IMG/VR virus record: IMGVR_UViG_3300014203_000001
Location: 128,001-192,000 of that record
Length of the DNA: 64,000 bases
Origin: a virus
Lineage: Duplodnaviria > Caudoviricetes
Reading direction: 5' to 3' (one strand)
The position numbers and the translations under genes were made by a program. The number at the start of each line of letters is the position of its first letter. Within the stretch, counting starts at the first letter, position 1. Below, piece after piece: positions 40,667 to 50,584 of this stretch. The notes beneath the pieces were generated by a model that saw nothing but the letters and a program-made list of their open reading frames with translations, had not been told where the DNA came from and did not search any database.

Positions 40667-41521
40667 TTATCTATTTGCCCATTTTTGATTAATTGTTAAA
40701 CTACAAGCTGACAATCCAGCACCAGTAACAGTATACTGAAACTTATCATCTTCTGTCCCTGTAATAGTGCCAGTCCATGTAGTAAGACCAGCAGCAGATA
40801 TACTTGCTGTGGCTACCACAACATCATTTTGTTTAACGGTTATAGTTGTAGCTGCAGTTGGTGTGCCAACACAGTAGAAGTTAATCTGTGATAGTGTTCC
40901 GTTTCTACCTAATGGTAAAATATGAGAAGTAAAAGCATCCGCTGGATTAGTAATCAAAAATGGCATATTCCATTTTAGACTCCACAGCTTAGTTAAAGAA
41001 GCGTGAATAATACCATCCCAACTTGCATTTCCAATTATCTCTTTAAATCTTTTGGTAAACATACTTAGAAATGGGAGAAGTTTATTAGTGTTGCTATATG
41101 CTGTAGTTATAGAATCGTCTACAGTTCTATTACCAATAGCATCATCACTAATAGAATCAGCTACAATAATAGCGTCCTGCCCAGCAACACCAGGATCGCC
41201 TTTTTCTCCTGGAATGCCTTGAATACCTGGTTCACCCTGTATACCCTGGGGACCTTGCAATCCAACATTCTCTTCCCAGTCAGTATCAGAAGTAGTATTG
41301 CCAGCTGGATTAGTAATTAATTTATATTCTTTACCATTTTCAATAACGGCTACACTCATTAATATTTCTCTTCTATCTGCAGTTATATTATTGCGTTCTA
41401 TTAGAGTATCGACTGTTCTGTGACCACCTTTACCATATTTAGCTTGATGAGTAGCAAAAGGATCTTGATCTGTGAAAGGCAACAGTGTTGCCGCAACATT
41501 TGTACCTGCTAAATTAGCCAT
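40667..41521 (-). CDS. tail fibre protein with collagen-like repeat (MANLAGTNV family)
   Basis: Shared N-terminal module; ten Gly-X-Y triplets; late promoter AACC-TATTAA-TA at 41545-41556. Confidence 0.75.
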   Translation of the reverse strand: MANLAGTNVAATLLPFTDQDPFATHQAKYGKGGHRTVDTLIERNNITADRREILMSVAVIENGKEYKLITNPAGNTTSDTDWEENVGLQGPQGIQGEPGIQGIPGEKGDPGVAGQDAIIVADSISDDAIGNRTVDDSITTAYSNTNKLLPFLSMFTKRFKEIIGNASWDGIIHASLTKLWSLKWNMPFLITNPADAFTSHILPLGRNGTLSQINFYCVGTPTAATTITVKQNDVVVATASISAAGLTTWTGTITGTEDDKFQYTVTGAGLSACSLTINQKWANR

Positions 41522-41603
41522 TTTATTTCCTCCTTTAGATGTATTATTAATAGGTTAGCAATATAAAGAGAGTACTTCTTTAGAAGTACTCTCTATAAAT
41601 ATT

Positions 41604-43433
41604 CTAAAAATTGATCTTAGCTTTATAATTTCCTGTAATAAATTTAACTTCTAGTTTACTAGGAGAATTATATCTTACTTCATAATCAATACCATTAACT
41701 GCTTGTTTCCATACTGCTAATCCATCATATTGATATGCTATATTATCATTGAACAAAGAATCTGTAGTTTTATCCATATCAAAGATAGTGGCAAATCTAA
41801 CAAGTCTATTATTTAATGCAATACTAATATCATTCCATGGTAGAGCATCGAAATTTGTTTTGTCTAATCCATCTGATAATAATCTAGTCATAGCTTCCGT
41901 GGTAGGAACAAATCTATCTCCTACTATAGAGCCATCTAAAACATTAGCCGTGTCTAGAATATTTATAAATGCTCCATCTTTATAAGTCTTCCAAGTAACG
42001 CCTTTATCCACACTAAAGATGTACTTAGCCATACTATTGCCAGTAACACTATTAGCAATACCATTGTTAATATGAACCCAATCTAAATTACTAGCATTAG
42101 TAAGATCTATATCTCCAGTAGCATATATAAATTGAGATTTAGGAGTAGCTACTATTGAAGGGGTGTAAGTATCAGGTAAGGTAGTCTTAAAAGGAACTTC
42201 ATTAATTACCACTTTATTAGATACAGCACTATCGGTGAATACTAATAACGTGAAGTTGATTAAACCCTCTAGTTCTGATACTGGTGGGAATTCACTAGAG
42301 GTAAATAAAGCTTGTTTTTCTGTATTAGTAAGAGTACTAAAACTAGAAGAAACTTCTGTTAAAACCCCACTTATAGTAGAATATGCTTTATCTTCTTTAA
42401 TAATAAGAAAAGTTGCATTTTTTTGTTCTACTAAAAGTACTGGACGGAATCCACTCTCTAATTGATTTATGATATTAGTTGCTATATAACTACTTCCAGA
42501 TATACTGCTATACCCTCTTACTGTTACATATCCCGCTCCATAGGTATTTCCCGAGGAAGTACCACTCCAACAATTAGTTGCATTCCATATAGAGTTGCCA
42601 CCAGCTATAATTGTATTATTTAAAGCTGATTCTACTATAATTTTATCCCATTCATTATCTTTATCAGTATTATTAACACCGCCAGATAATAACCTAAGAG
42701 TATATCCAGGCACACCATCTATATCAATATGTAAACCGCTACTACTTGCAACACCTGCGGTATTTAATGTGTCCCATGAAATACTATGCTGAATGTTTCT
42801 ATCAGGAACCAATTTCATTCTTCCTAATGAATCATACCCAACCATAATAAAATATGCTGTTCCATCTGGAGTTCCAGATGAAGATACTGGTATTTCTTCC
42901 GCCGCAGAAGTGCCTAATTGATCGATAGTTCCGAATGTATTAACAGTATCTGCTTTGTAATGAAATGCTATTCTATCTCCAATTATCATGCTGTTTGTAT
43001 CAGTTTTTGTTCTATATAACCAATGCCCAGCAAGCACGGCAGTAGATGCAATCTCAACTGCATATATACCAAAATACGCTGCTGATGTAGTAGTCACTGG
43101 TGTTATGATAACAGTGTGTAGTGTGTCAGCCAATCCAGTAATATTAAAAACTAATGTGTTTTCCTGATTCTTTGTATTAACGACAACATCTGGATATCGT
43201 ACACCATCGATAGATACAGCTAAAGTATATCTATCGCTCCAAGCACAATGTATTAAACGCATCATAGTTCCTGTGAATTCAAACTTTATTTTAGCATCTG
43301 CAATAGTGCTAGTTACATAGTCATGTGTATCATCAAACCAATTTATCCCATAATACTCTATATTAGCGTTATTATATAGATATCTAGACCATCCAGTTTC
43401 TGGACTTAATAATTGATCTCCTATATTAGCCAT
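41604..43433 (-). CDS. mosaic tail fibre/adhesin protein
   Basis: MANIG module + DRNIQ..ISWD.LN..NEWD..GFRP module + C-terminal domain shared with 20310 gene. Confidence 0.7.
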   Translation of the reverse strand: MANIGDQLLSPETGWSRYLYNNANIEYYGINWFDDTHDYVTSTIADAKIKFEFTGTMMRLIHCAWSDRYTLAVSIDGVRYPDVVVNTKNQENTLVFNITGLADTLHTVIITPVTTTSAAYFGIYAVEIASTAVLAGHWLYRTKTDTNSMIIGDRIAFHYKADTVNTFGTIDQLGTSAAEEIPVSSSGTPDGTAYFIMVGYDSLGRMKLVPDRNIQHSISWDTLNTAGVASSSGLHIDIDGVPGYTLRLLSGGVNNTDKDNEWDKIIVESALNNTIIAGGNSIWNATNCWSGTSSGNTYGAGYVTVRGYSSISGSSYIATNIINQLESGFRPVLLVEQKNATFLIIKEDKAYSTISGVLTEVSSSFSTLTNTEKQALFTSSEFPPVSELEGLINFTLLVFTDSAVSNKVVINEVPFKTTLPDTYTPSIVATPKSQFIYATGDIDLTNASNLDWVHINNGIANSVTGNSMAKYIFSVDKGVTWKTYKDGAFINILDTANVLDGSIVGDRFVPTTEAMTRLLSDGLDKTNFDALPWNDISIALNNRLVRFATIFDMDKTTDSLFNDNIAYQYDGLAVWKQAVNGIDYEVRYNSPSKLEVKFITGNYKAKINF

Positions 43434-43450
43434 TTAATATTCACTCCTTT

Positions 43451-43503
43451 CTAATAAAATAAATTACTTGCTTTAGAATTTGTTTCTAAGTATTGGAATA
43501 CTG
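43451..43503. repeat. 53-bp direct repeat, copy 1 (orphaned gene 3' end)
   Basis: 51/53 identical to 44920-44972. Confidence 0.95.
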
Positions 43504-43522
43504 TTATACGAATCACGACCAA

Positions 43523-44911
43523 TCATCTCCCGTTGAATTTTTTATGCTCATTTTCTAAAATAGAATCGATATTATTGAATTCCCAATATGGAATTCGAAT
43601 TAATATTATATTATTATTAGAGCAGTATTCATTTTTAATATTATCGTGTTTTATTTGCCTTTCAAATTTTTCTTTTATTTTTATTTCATCCTTTTCACCA
43701 AAAGATACAGGGGAAAAATGATGCTCTCCATCATATTCTATTAAATATTGCAATTTATCATTATCAAATACAGCAAAATCAAATGGGAGAGGGTTTATGT
43801 TTTTGCAGTTTTCTATAATATATTGTGTTTTGTATTGAGAATTATTAGTTTCTAAATACTTTGTTATTATTTTTTCTCCATTAGAAATATTATGATAATT
43901 ACATTGTCGTTTGTTGTTATTTTTGAAGAGGTCATACGTGGCGTTAAAAATATTACCACAGTGGCATTTTATTTCTAACGGTTCTATGCTTCCTAGATAT
44001 TCTCCACTTATTAAAATACAACTACTACAACTTTCAATTTCTATGAAATTTTTGACTTCCTCATAGGTAGCCATTCGATTTTTCATAGAGCAAGAATAAC
44101 ACCATGCCTTTTTTCTTTCTTTTAATCTTCGCAAATTAGTTTCAAATGTTTCATGTTTACATACACTACATAACAAGATTAAAGTAACTTCATTAGGCGA
44201 TATATTATTTTCCCACACTTGAGTTTTGTATTCACTCTCACACGTTAACAGTATGCACCCACTTATATTTTCAACTTCATATTTTAAATCTTCAAATGAA
44301 CGGACTCTGTATCCCCTTCTGCTACCCAATCCACAGTTATCACATTGTTTTTTACTATGCTTCCCATCGTAACTGCAAAATTTACTAAAAGATGTTTCGA
44401 ATATTTCACCACACTTGCATCGAATTTGTAATATAGAAGAATTATTTTCAAATTCTATACTAGTAGATATTAGTATACACTCGCTTCCACTATCTATTTC
44501 TATAAATTCCTTGATTTCTTGAAAAGTGATACCCTTCTTATTATTTCTACATTTTCGGCATTTATTAATGCCTTTTTTGAAATGAGAAAATGTAGTCTCG
44601 AAGTTGTTTCCACATGAACATTGCACTTCTATTTTAGAATTTACGCCTTGATAGTTTTCACTGGATGTAATTAGTTCACATCCAGCTTGTTGTATCGTAT
44701 CGATTACTGTATTTATATTAATAAAACTACCCGAACATTGTTTACATCTAATCTGATTTTTATTTTTAAACCGATTAAATGTTGTTATATATTCTTCACC
44801 GCACGAACATCGTACGGTGATATCTGAAAGTATATCTTTATACTCTCCGACTAAGTTACAACCTACATCATTTATATATTTTTTAATATCCTCTAAATTA
44901 AATTTTTTCAT
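43523..44911 (-). mobile_element. free-standing putative homing endonuclease (Zn-ribbon repeats + Vsr/DUF559-like PD-(D/E)XK domain)
   Basis: Five C.CG..F......C..C repeats; LPFDF..LIEYDGEHHF..D..KNEYC..NNI.LIRIPYW. Confidence 0.8.
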
Positions 44912-44919
44912 TGTCGCTC

Positions 44920-44972
44920 CTAATAAAATAAATTACTTGCTTTAGCGTTTGTTTCTAAGTATTGGAATACTG
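44920..44972. repeat. 53-bp direct repeat, copy 2 (current 3' end of 44920..45972)
   Basis: Encodes VFQYLETNAKASNLFY*. Confidence 0.95.
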
Positions 44973-45972
44973 GTCTGAAACCTATAGTATTATTAGAGGT
45001 AGCAGACGCTATCTGATTAAACGAATCTTGTTTTCTATTTACCCTATTAGTAGAAGCTCCAATATTTAGAATAGGAGTATCTTGCATCCAACTTGATATA
45101 GTATCGTGATGCCATAAATTTGGATCATTTGATTTTTTAATATATTTGTCCCATTCATTGTTATTAGGAAAAGCTCCTAGGTTTTGATCCGTTAATGATG
45201 ATTTACCATCTAGCCCTAGATAAGCATTACCGCCAGTAATGGAACGAATTAAACAATCATTAAATATAAGAGAACTTATTCCATCTATTGCTACTTCAGA
45301 AATACCCAAATTTGCGTTAACGATGGTATTTTTGATATCGTAAATCTTTACAAAGTTACAAGTAGCTGTAATTGCATATGATTGCTGAGTGTATGAATCA
45401 ATTGCCTTACTCCCCGCGCTAGTCCATGTAGAACCATCAATAGATGTCAATACCTCAAATGAGTTCATTCCTGTCTCGACTCTTATTGTAATATTAAAAG
45501 AATCAACTTGCTTACCCAATTTAAACGTTATACTTCTTTGTTCTGCAGTATAAGATGATATATTTCCCTGATAAATTAACCCCATGTAAGCAAAACTAGT
45601 TGTACTTCCATCACATATACTAGTTAAAGGATAAGTAGTGGAAAATTGTGATGGAGAGTAAGGATACTGCATGTGGGGATATCCTTGAATTAATTTAGCT
45701 GCGTTTAATACATCCCATGAAATATTAGTTTGAACGACTCTATCACATATAGCTAAACCTTTATCTACTTTAACTGCATATGCATAGCCATTAGGAGCAT
45801 TAGTTCCAATAATAGGTATTTCATTAGCTTGAGCGATAGCTAAATCGGCACCTATATCTGATATTATTGGAGCTGCACCACTAGCGCCTACTGCTTTAAA
45901 TGCTATATAATCTCCTATTTGCATATCTTCCATTTTAGTTCTAAATTGTCCTGATGTTGCAGGAATTGGCAT
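44920..45972 (-). CDS. lectin-fold adhesin with inserted discoidin/F5-8-like domain
   Basis: DRVVQTNISWD.LN..NEWD..GFRPV scaffold; insert ICDGS..FEVLTSIDGSTW..GISEV. Confidence 0.65.
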   Translation of the reverse strand: MPIPATSGQFRTKMEDMQIGDYIAFKAVGASGAAPIISDIGADLAIAQANEIPIIGTNAPNGYAYAVKVDKGLAICDRVVQTNISWDVLNAAKLIQGYPHMQYPYSPSQFSTTYPLTSICDGSTTSFAYMGLIYQGNISSYTAEQRSITFKLGKQVDSFNITIRVETGMNSFEVLTSIDGSTWTSAGSKAIDSYTQQSYAITATCNFVKIYDIKNTIVNANLGISEVAIDGISSLIFNDCLIRSITGGNAYLGLDGKSSLTDQNLGAFPNNNEWDKYIKKSNDPNLWHHDTISSWMQDTPILNIGASTNRVNRKQDSFNQIASATSNNTIGFRPVFQYLETNAKASNLFY

Positions 45973-45983
45973 AATAATCCCTC

Positions 45984-46310
45984 CTAAATTTCTACTATAT
46001 TGATACTATTTACTTTTGCATATATACTCAGATCTATATCTAATGTTTTACAAGAACCGCTATCTAAAGGCATATCTGCAGAGATATTATTTTCTACAGA
46101 TATTGAATCTGCTTGTTTAGATGCCAATACATCAATATTATCAGCACCGGTTAATGTAACTAATGCTTGAAAGTTAGTTATACTTACACTAGTAACTCCA
46201 CTTTTAATAAACATAGAATCTGTTGGTTCTCCATTTCCTAATACGGTCCACGTTGTTCCATTAAAAGTATAGATATCTAAATTGGGTGTTTGAAAAAGAA
46301 ACTTATTCAT
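45984..46310 (-). CDS. small adaptor-like virion protein
   Basis: KFL....DIYTF....W..LG module and C-terminal DID.S.Y..V.SI shared with neighbours. Confidence 0.6.
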   Translation of the reverse strand: MNKFLFQTPNLDIYTFNGTTWTVLGNGEPTDSMFIKSGVTSVSITNFQALVTLTGADNIDVLASKQADSISVENNISADMPLDSGSCKTLDIDLSIYAKVNSINIVEI

Positions 46311-47414
46311 TTATAACACCACACTTTCTATATTCTTATATTTAGAAATGTTTATATTACTTCTATAATATAAACAATCTGGATTTGTGGTTACTGGAGT
46401 TTTTGCTAAAGCAAAATTAGTTTTTAATTGCATTTTTCCTCCACTAAACTCTACGAACTCACTATCATAGTTAAAGCTACTAGCTTCCCCATTATTAAAC
46501 TCATTTACTGTAGCCACTATATCTTGTGAGCCTTGCTCCTCTACTAATACAGTAGGTGCAATAAAGTTATAATTAGGGGTATTTGTCAGATCTAATACTT
46601 TTTTCGATCCTGGTAATATTACACTAGCGCTAGACCATTGAGCATTAGCTCCTAAACCACCAGCAACCACTGTTCCAGCAGAATATCTATCATAGAAAGA
46701 TCCTATAAATGTATAAGTATAAGTCGTAGCATTGTACGTATAGTATGTTCTTTCACCATTGTTATTTTCATCTGCTGTTACTATATAATTGTAACCATCT
46801 GTAGGATTGGATAAATTGAATAGATCTTGATATGTAGCGAATTCTCCACCCCGCACTCCAGCACTAGAAGTCAATGGCTCCCATTTAGCATTAATTAAAC
46901 GATAAGAGCAAGGAGTCCCATCTATATCAGATACTACAGTTACCATCATTCCTTCATGTTTAACATTAGAAGGAATAGCATCTCTAGCTGCTAGGTTAGC
47001 TACCTCATGATAACCACCAACAATCATACTAGAATCATGAGTAGTAGGATGAATATATGGAGTAGGAAGAGAATTCGATTCCACAACAGTATTATCAGAT
47101 TTGGTAATAACAATCTTATTATCAGAAACTGCAACCGATTGGATATCTACACCTGCTGTATTTTCTTCTCCCCAGTCGGTATTGGTAGTATTACCTTCTG
47201 GGTTTGTTTTTAAAGTATATGTTTTGTTATCTTCTAATACTGATACTTTCATTAATACTTTTCTTCTCTCTACAGAGATAGTATTACGTTCGGCGATTGT
47301 AGATACTACTCTATATCCACCTTTACCATAGGTGTCTTCATGTGTTGCAAAAGGATCTTGATCTGTAAAAGGAACTATTTGTGCTGCTACATTCGTTCCT
47401 CGTAAATTAGCCAT
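46311..47414 (-). CDS. tail fibre/adaptor protein (MANLRGTNV family)
   Basis: Paralog of 21554..22540; late promoter CACA-TATTAA-TA at 47439-47450. Confidence 0.7.
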   Translation of the reverse strand: MANLRGTNVAAQIVPFTDQDPFATHEDTYGKGGYRVVSTIAERNTISVERRKVLMKVSVLEDNKTYTLKTNPEGNTTNTDWGEENTAGVDIQSVAVSDNKIVITKSDNTVVESNSLPTPYIHPTTHDSSMIVGGYHEVANLAARDAIPSNVKHEGMMVTVVSDIDGTPCSYRLINAKWEPLTSSAGVRGGEFATYQDLFNLSNPTDGYNYIVTADENNNGERTYYTYNATTYTYTFIGSFYDRYSAGTVVAGGLGANAQWSSASVILPGSKKVLDLTNTPNYNFIAPTVLVEEQGSQDIVATVNEFNNGEASSFNYDSEFVEFSGGKMQLKTNFALAKTPVTTNPDCLYYRSNINISKYKNIESVVL

Positions 47415-47529
47415 TTAGTTAGCCTCCTTTATATGTATTATTAATATGTGCCATGAAAATATATACTGAATGTATTAAGATTTCATTTACAAGCATACAA
47501 ATTAATAATATAAAAGGGGGACGATAAAT

Positions 47530-48366
47530 ATGTATAACGAGCAGACAGAAAACAAATCATTCTTAGAAATGAGCAAATTTCTAAAGATGTCAGGTGTAAA
47601 GAATAATATGTTTATGCTAGAGTAGAGTAAATCTTTGCCAGATCCGCATAGCTCGCCACAATCTGAAAGAGAAGATATAATAAATGAATGTAAAAATAAT
47701 ATCTGGTACTTCTTACGAGAAGTAGTAAGAATACCACAACCTAACGGAGGATCTAGTAGATTTGAACTGAACCCTGCTAATATGGCTACCATATTTCTTC
47801 TATTAAAAGGAGTAAATATATACGAATTGGGATGTAGACAAACATCGCATAAAACAATTACTACTTTATTATATATGGTATGGAAGGAAAATCTTATAAT
47901 TTTTGATAAAAGTCATAGTATTAAACACCACGAATCTATGATAATAAATATCTATAGATATCTACCGTCTTATATTAAAGATTCGCAAATGCCTAGACTA
48001 TTCATAAACCCAAAAGATAAACCTTTATATTGGTACGATGAAGCCGAAACTATTGGTAAGGATTTAAACCAATTAGAGCTATCGCACATATCAGAAGAAA
48101 CTAAAGAGAATCAGATTATTATAACAACAACCGTTGGGAAAGAAGAAAATATTGCACTATCAAATATAAGAAATAAATGCAAACCATTCTTTCTTAAATG
48201 GTATGATGCTACAGACAATGGCGTATTTCCTGACTGGGTATTATTAGAATTCAATGCCGACGCCCTTGGTAAGACAGAACAGTGGAAAGATGATATATTT
48301 AGATATTTAAATACCGATCGAGAATCGTATAATAGAGAAATATTATTAATCAGAGAAGGAGAATAA
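47530..48366 (+). pseudogene. terminase large-subunit ATPase-like paralog, no nuclease domain, in-frame TAG at 47623
   Basis: T.NKSF..L...GVKNN.FML, EC..NIWYFLREVVRIP, RQ...KT, WYDEAE, IITTT, LG....W..REIL; late promoter at 47496-47507. Confidence 0.7.
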
Positions 48367-48896
48367 TGATGCCAAATATAAACTGGAAAGAAATAATAGA
48401 GAAGATAAATTCTATTATTGACTACGGAAAATGTGCTGATACTTTTTCCAGTTCAATGTATGGATTTTTGATAGTAACCAAATCTCCAGTAGAATCGTTG
48501 GATGTAGTATTAGAGTATGGGTTTAAAGGATTACAATGGGAAAATGTAATATATAATTTCAATATGATGGTACAAGAATTTACTATAAGAATTCATATAC
48601 CTAAGAATGTATACGAAAGAAATGTATTTGAATCTTTATTAAAAGAGAACGATGAAAATCTTACATATGAAGATACATTTAATTTATTTTACATATTGAC
48701 TAATAATACTTGTCTAAAAGTAACGGGAGCTTATCACATTCCTAGATCTTTTATAACTTCTATAAAAGATACAATAGTAGAAGATACTATTGTATTAGAT
48801 TTAGGATTTGAAGGTGTTCCTATTTCTGGTGATGATATAGTTCAAGTAGCGCAAACTGTTATAGATAGGATAAATAAAGACACCGTGTTTAATTAG
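48366..48896 (+). CDS. hypothetical protein
   Basis: Translationally coupled to previous gene. Confidence 0.65.
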   Translation: MMPNINWKEIIEKINSIIDYGKCADTFSSSMYGFLIVTKSPVESLDVVLEYGFKGLQWENVIYNFNMMVQEFTIRIHIPKNVYERNVFESLLKENDENLTYEDTFNLFYILTNNTCLKVTGAYHIPRSFITSIKDTIVEDTIVLDLGFEGVPISGDDIVQVAQTVIDRINKDTVFN

Positions 48897-48907
48897 AAAT
48901 AATCAGT

Positions 48908-48925
48908 TATATATTATATATGTGA
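48908..48925 (+). promoter_or_regulatory. early-type promoter
   Basis: TATATATTATA-TATG-TGA. Confidence 0.7.
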
Positions 48926-48949
48926 ATATAATATAGGAGGTTTAGTAAA

Positions 48950-49171
48950 ATGAAAAAGTTTATCTTATTATTAACCTTGGTATCTCTGCAGTATAATGTA
49001 CTAGAAGGAGATACTATACAAAGCATTGCAGAGAAGTTCTGTAATAGCAATAACAAAATTGAAGTTGCTATTTTCCGAGAAGGGATACGTGAAATTAATT
49101 ACGATATCATTGGGAATAGAGAAGTAACAAAAGGTATTACACTTCAGATCAATAGATTCGAGGAGATGTAA
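48950..49171 (+). CDS. small LysM-like protein with signal anchor
   Basis: YNVLEGDTIQSIAEKF..IREIN..KG..LQI. Confidence 0.65.
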   Translation: MKKFILLLTLVSLQYNVLEGDTIQSIAEKFCNSNNKIEVAIFREGIREINYDIIGNREVTKGITLQINRFEEM

Positions 49172-49172
49172 T

Positions 49173-49403
49173 ATGAGCAATGTTAGCAAGAGCCAAAGAG
49201 AGGATAAGATCAGAAGCCAAATGGCTGAATTGTTTGCAAAACTAACTCTATTAGAAAGTGATGGCTCTATGGGTATATCAAACTTTCTAATGAATAGAGG
49301 AGTACACTATAAAGATGCTAGAGATAGGGCTAATCAAAAGTTTAATATCAGAAAGAAAATAGAATTTCTTAAAAGAAAATTAACAAAACTGGAAGGAATG
49401 TAA
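49173..49403 (+). CDS. small coiled-coil protein
   Basis: RBS GAGGAG; in operon. Confidence 0.6.
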   Translation: MSNVSKSQREDKIRSQMAELFAKLTLLESDGSMGISNFLMNRGVHYKDARDRANQKFNIRKKIEFLKRKLTKLEGM

Positions 49404-49405
49404 AC

Positions 49406-49831
49406 ATGCTAAATAGATACAAAACAAATAAAGTTAGTGCCATTCTAGGAATAAACGCTGGATATGATTGCGGTAAACCTTTAAATGATGCACGCAGTAT
49501 ATTATGCGATATATCTGCAAGATATCAACGTATTGCGGAAAAGAACTTCTTGGAATATAAGAAAGAAACTGGATTTGAGTGCTACGTATCAGCAGTTATA
49601 TCTGATGTAAATTGTACTGTATATAGAGAAGAATGGGGATGCCCAAAAGGAGGAGAAGCTACCTTTTCTATTGAATGTACTAGAAACCCACAGTTTATTT
49701 CCGATAATGAATTATATGAAGAAATGGCTACTAAGAATATTCTAGAACTGAAAGACGAATTAAAACAATCTACAGTTCTAATAGAGTATCATGAGATTGC
49801 TTGTTCCTACGTAACTGCACAAAATAAATAA
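49406..49831 (+). CDS. hypothetical protein (Y..EWGCP.GGE motif), possible SAM-lyase-like fold
   Basis: VYREEWGCPKGGEATFSI..LKDELKQSTVLIEY. Confidence 0.6.
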   Translation: MLNRYKTNKVSAILGINAGYDCGKPLNDARSILCDISARYQRIAEKNFLEYKKETGFECYVSAVISDVNCTVYREEWGCPKGGEATFSIECTRNPQFISDNELYEEMATKNILELKDELKQSTVLIEYHEIACSYVTAQNK

Positions 49832-49835
49832 TGCT

Positions 49836-49853
49836 TATATATTATAGTTATGA
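49836..49853 (+). promoter_or_regulatory. early-type promoter
   Basis: TATATATTATA-GTTA-TGA, followed by a hairpin. Confidence 0.65.
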
Positions 49854-49901
49854 ACCAGTATACAATTTGTATACTGGTTACTTTATTTTTGGGAGGAATA
49901 T

Positions 49902-50204
49902 ATGCATATATGCAGTAGAAATGAATGTAAAGACTTTGAATCTTGTGGTAAAGTAAACTGGTGTAATCGTGGCAACAAACCAATAGGATTTACAATCAAT
50001 ATGCTAAATGGAAATCAATTATCCTTCCACGAAAGAGTATTCTTATTGCTTAAGAAACTCGAAGGAAGTGGATATTTACTACGTTCCAGGTCAGCTGGAT
50101 ACGATGTTAATACTGGATTATGCCCAATTTGTGGTAAAAGAGATTCACATACTAACGAATGTGAATTAGGTAAATTATTAGAAGAGTGTAAAGGGGATAA
50201 ATAA
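49902..50204 (+). CDS. Cys-rich Zn-binding small protein
   Basis: C....C....C.....C and CPICG....H...C. Confidence 0.65.
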   Translation: MHICSRNECKDFESCGKVNWCNRGNKPIGFTINMLNGNQLSFHERVFLLLKKLEGSGYLLRSRSAGYDVNTGLCPICGKRDSHTNECELGKLLEECKGDK

Positions 50205-50206
50205 TA

Positions 50207-50584
50207 ATGAATAAAGAAAAAGTAATTGTTTTAGATGAAAATGGATTGCCTATATACGAGGAGTGCTCATATATTAAAGTATGTAATGATAATCTAAGCG
50301 ATGTTGAAGATTTCTTAGATGCCAATAATATTCCATATAAATCATTTGCTGAAGCAGGAAGAGCTTTCTGTGAAGACGAAGCTGAGTTCAGATTCAGATC
50401 TGAGATCAGGGAAACTGAAAAAGATGAGATGGCAGTATACCAAAAAGCTATCAATATGAAAGATGAAAATAAAGATCTTTTATTTGATATACTTTGTGAT
50501 GGTGGAATGTTAGACGACGATTATATTTGTACAGTAATATCAGATATATTTAAAGATAATATGGAGAGTGATGAAGATGATTAA
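50207..50584 (+). CDS. acidic early protein, paralog family B
   Basis: YIKV..L..NNIPYKSF..A..AFCE..AE. Confidence 0.7.
   Translation: MNKEKVIVLDENGLPIYEECSYIKVCNDNLSDVEDFLDANNIPYKSFAEAGRAFCEDEAEFRFRSEIRETEKDEMAVYQKAINMKDENKDLLFDILCDGGMLDDDYICTVISDIFKDNMESDEDD

Noticed and set aside
43451-45100. Diversity-generating retroelement (53-bp repeat as IMH/IMH* beside a GFRP lectin gene)
   Set aside because: No reverse transcriptase, no template repeat upstream of the second copy, and the repeats bracket an endonuclease instead
47623-47625. Genome-wide TAG reassignment (code 15)
   Set aside because: TAG ends many genes right before terminators, and paralogs 20310 and 41604 both end with TAG at the same aligned position; long genes are not fragmented
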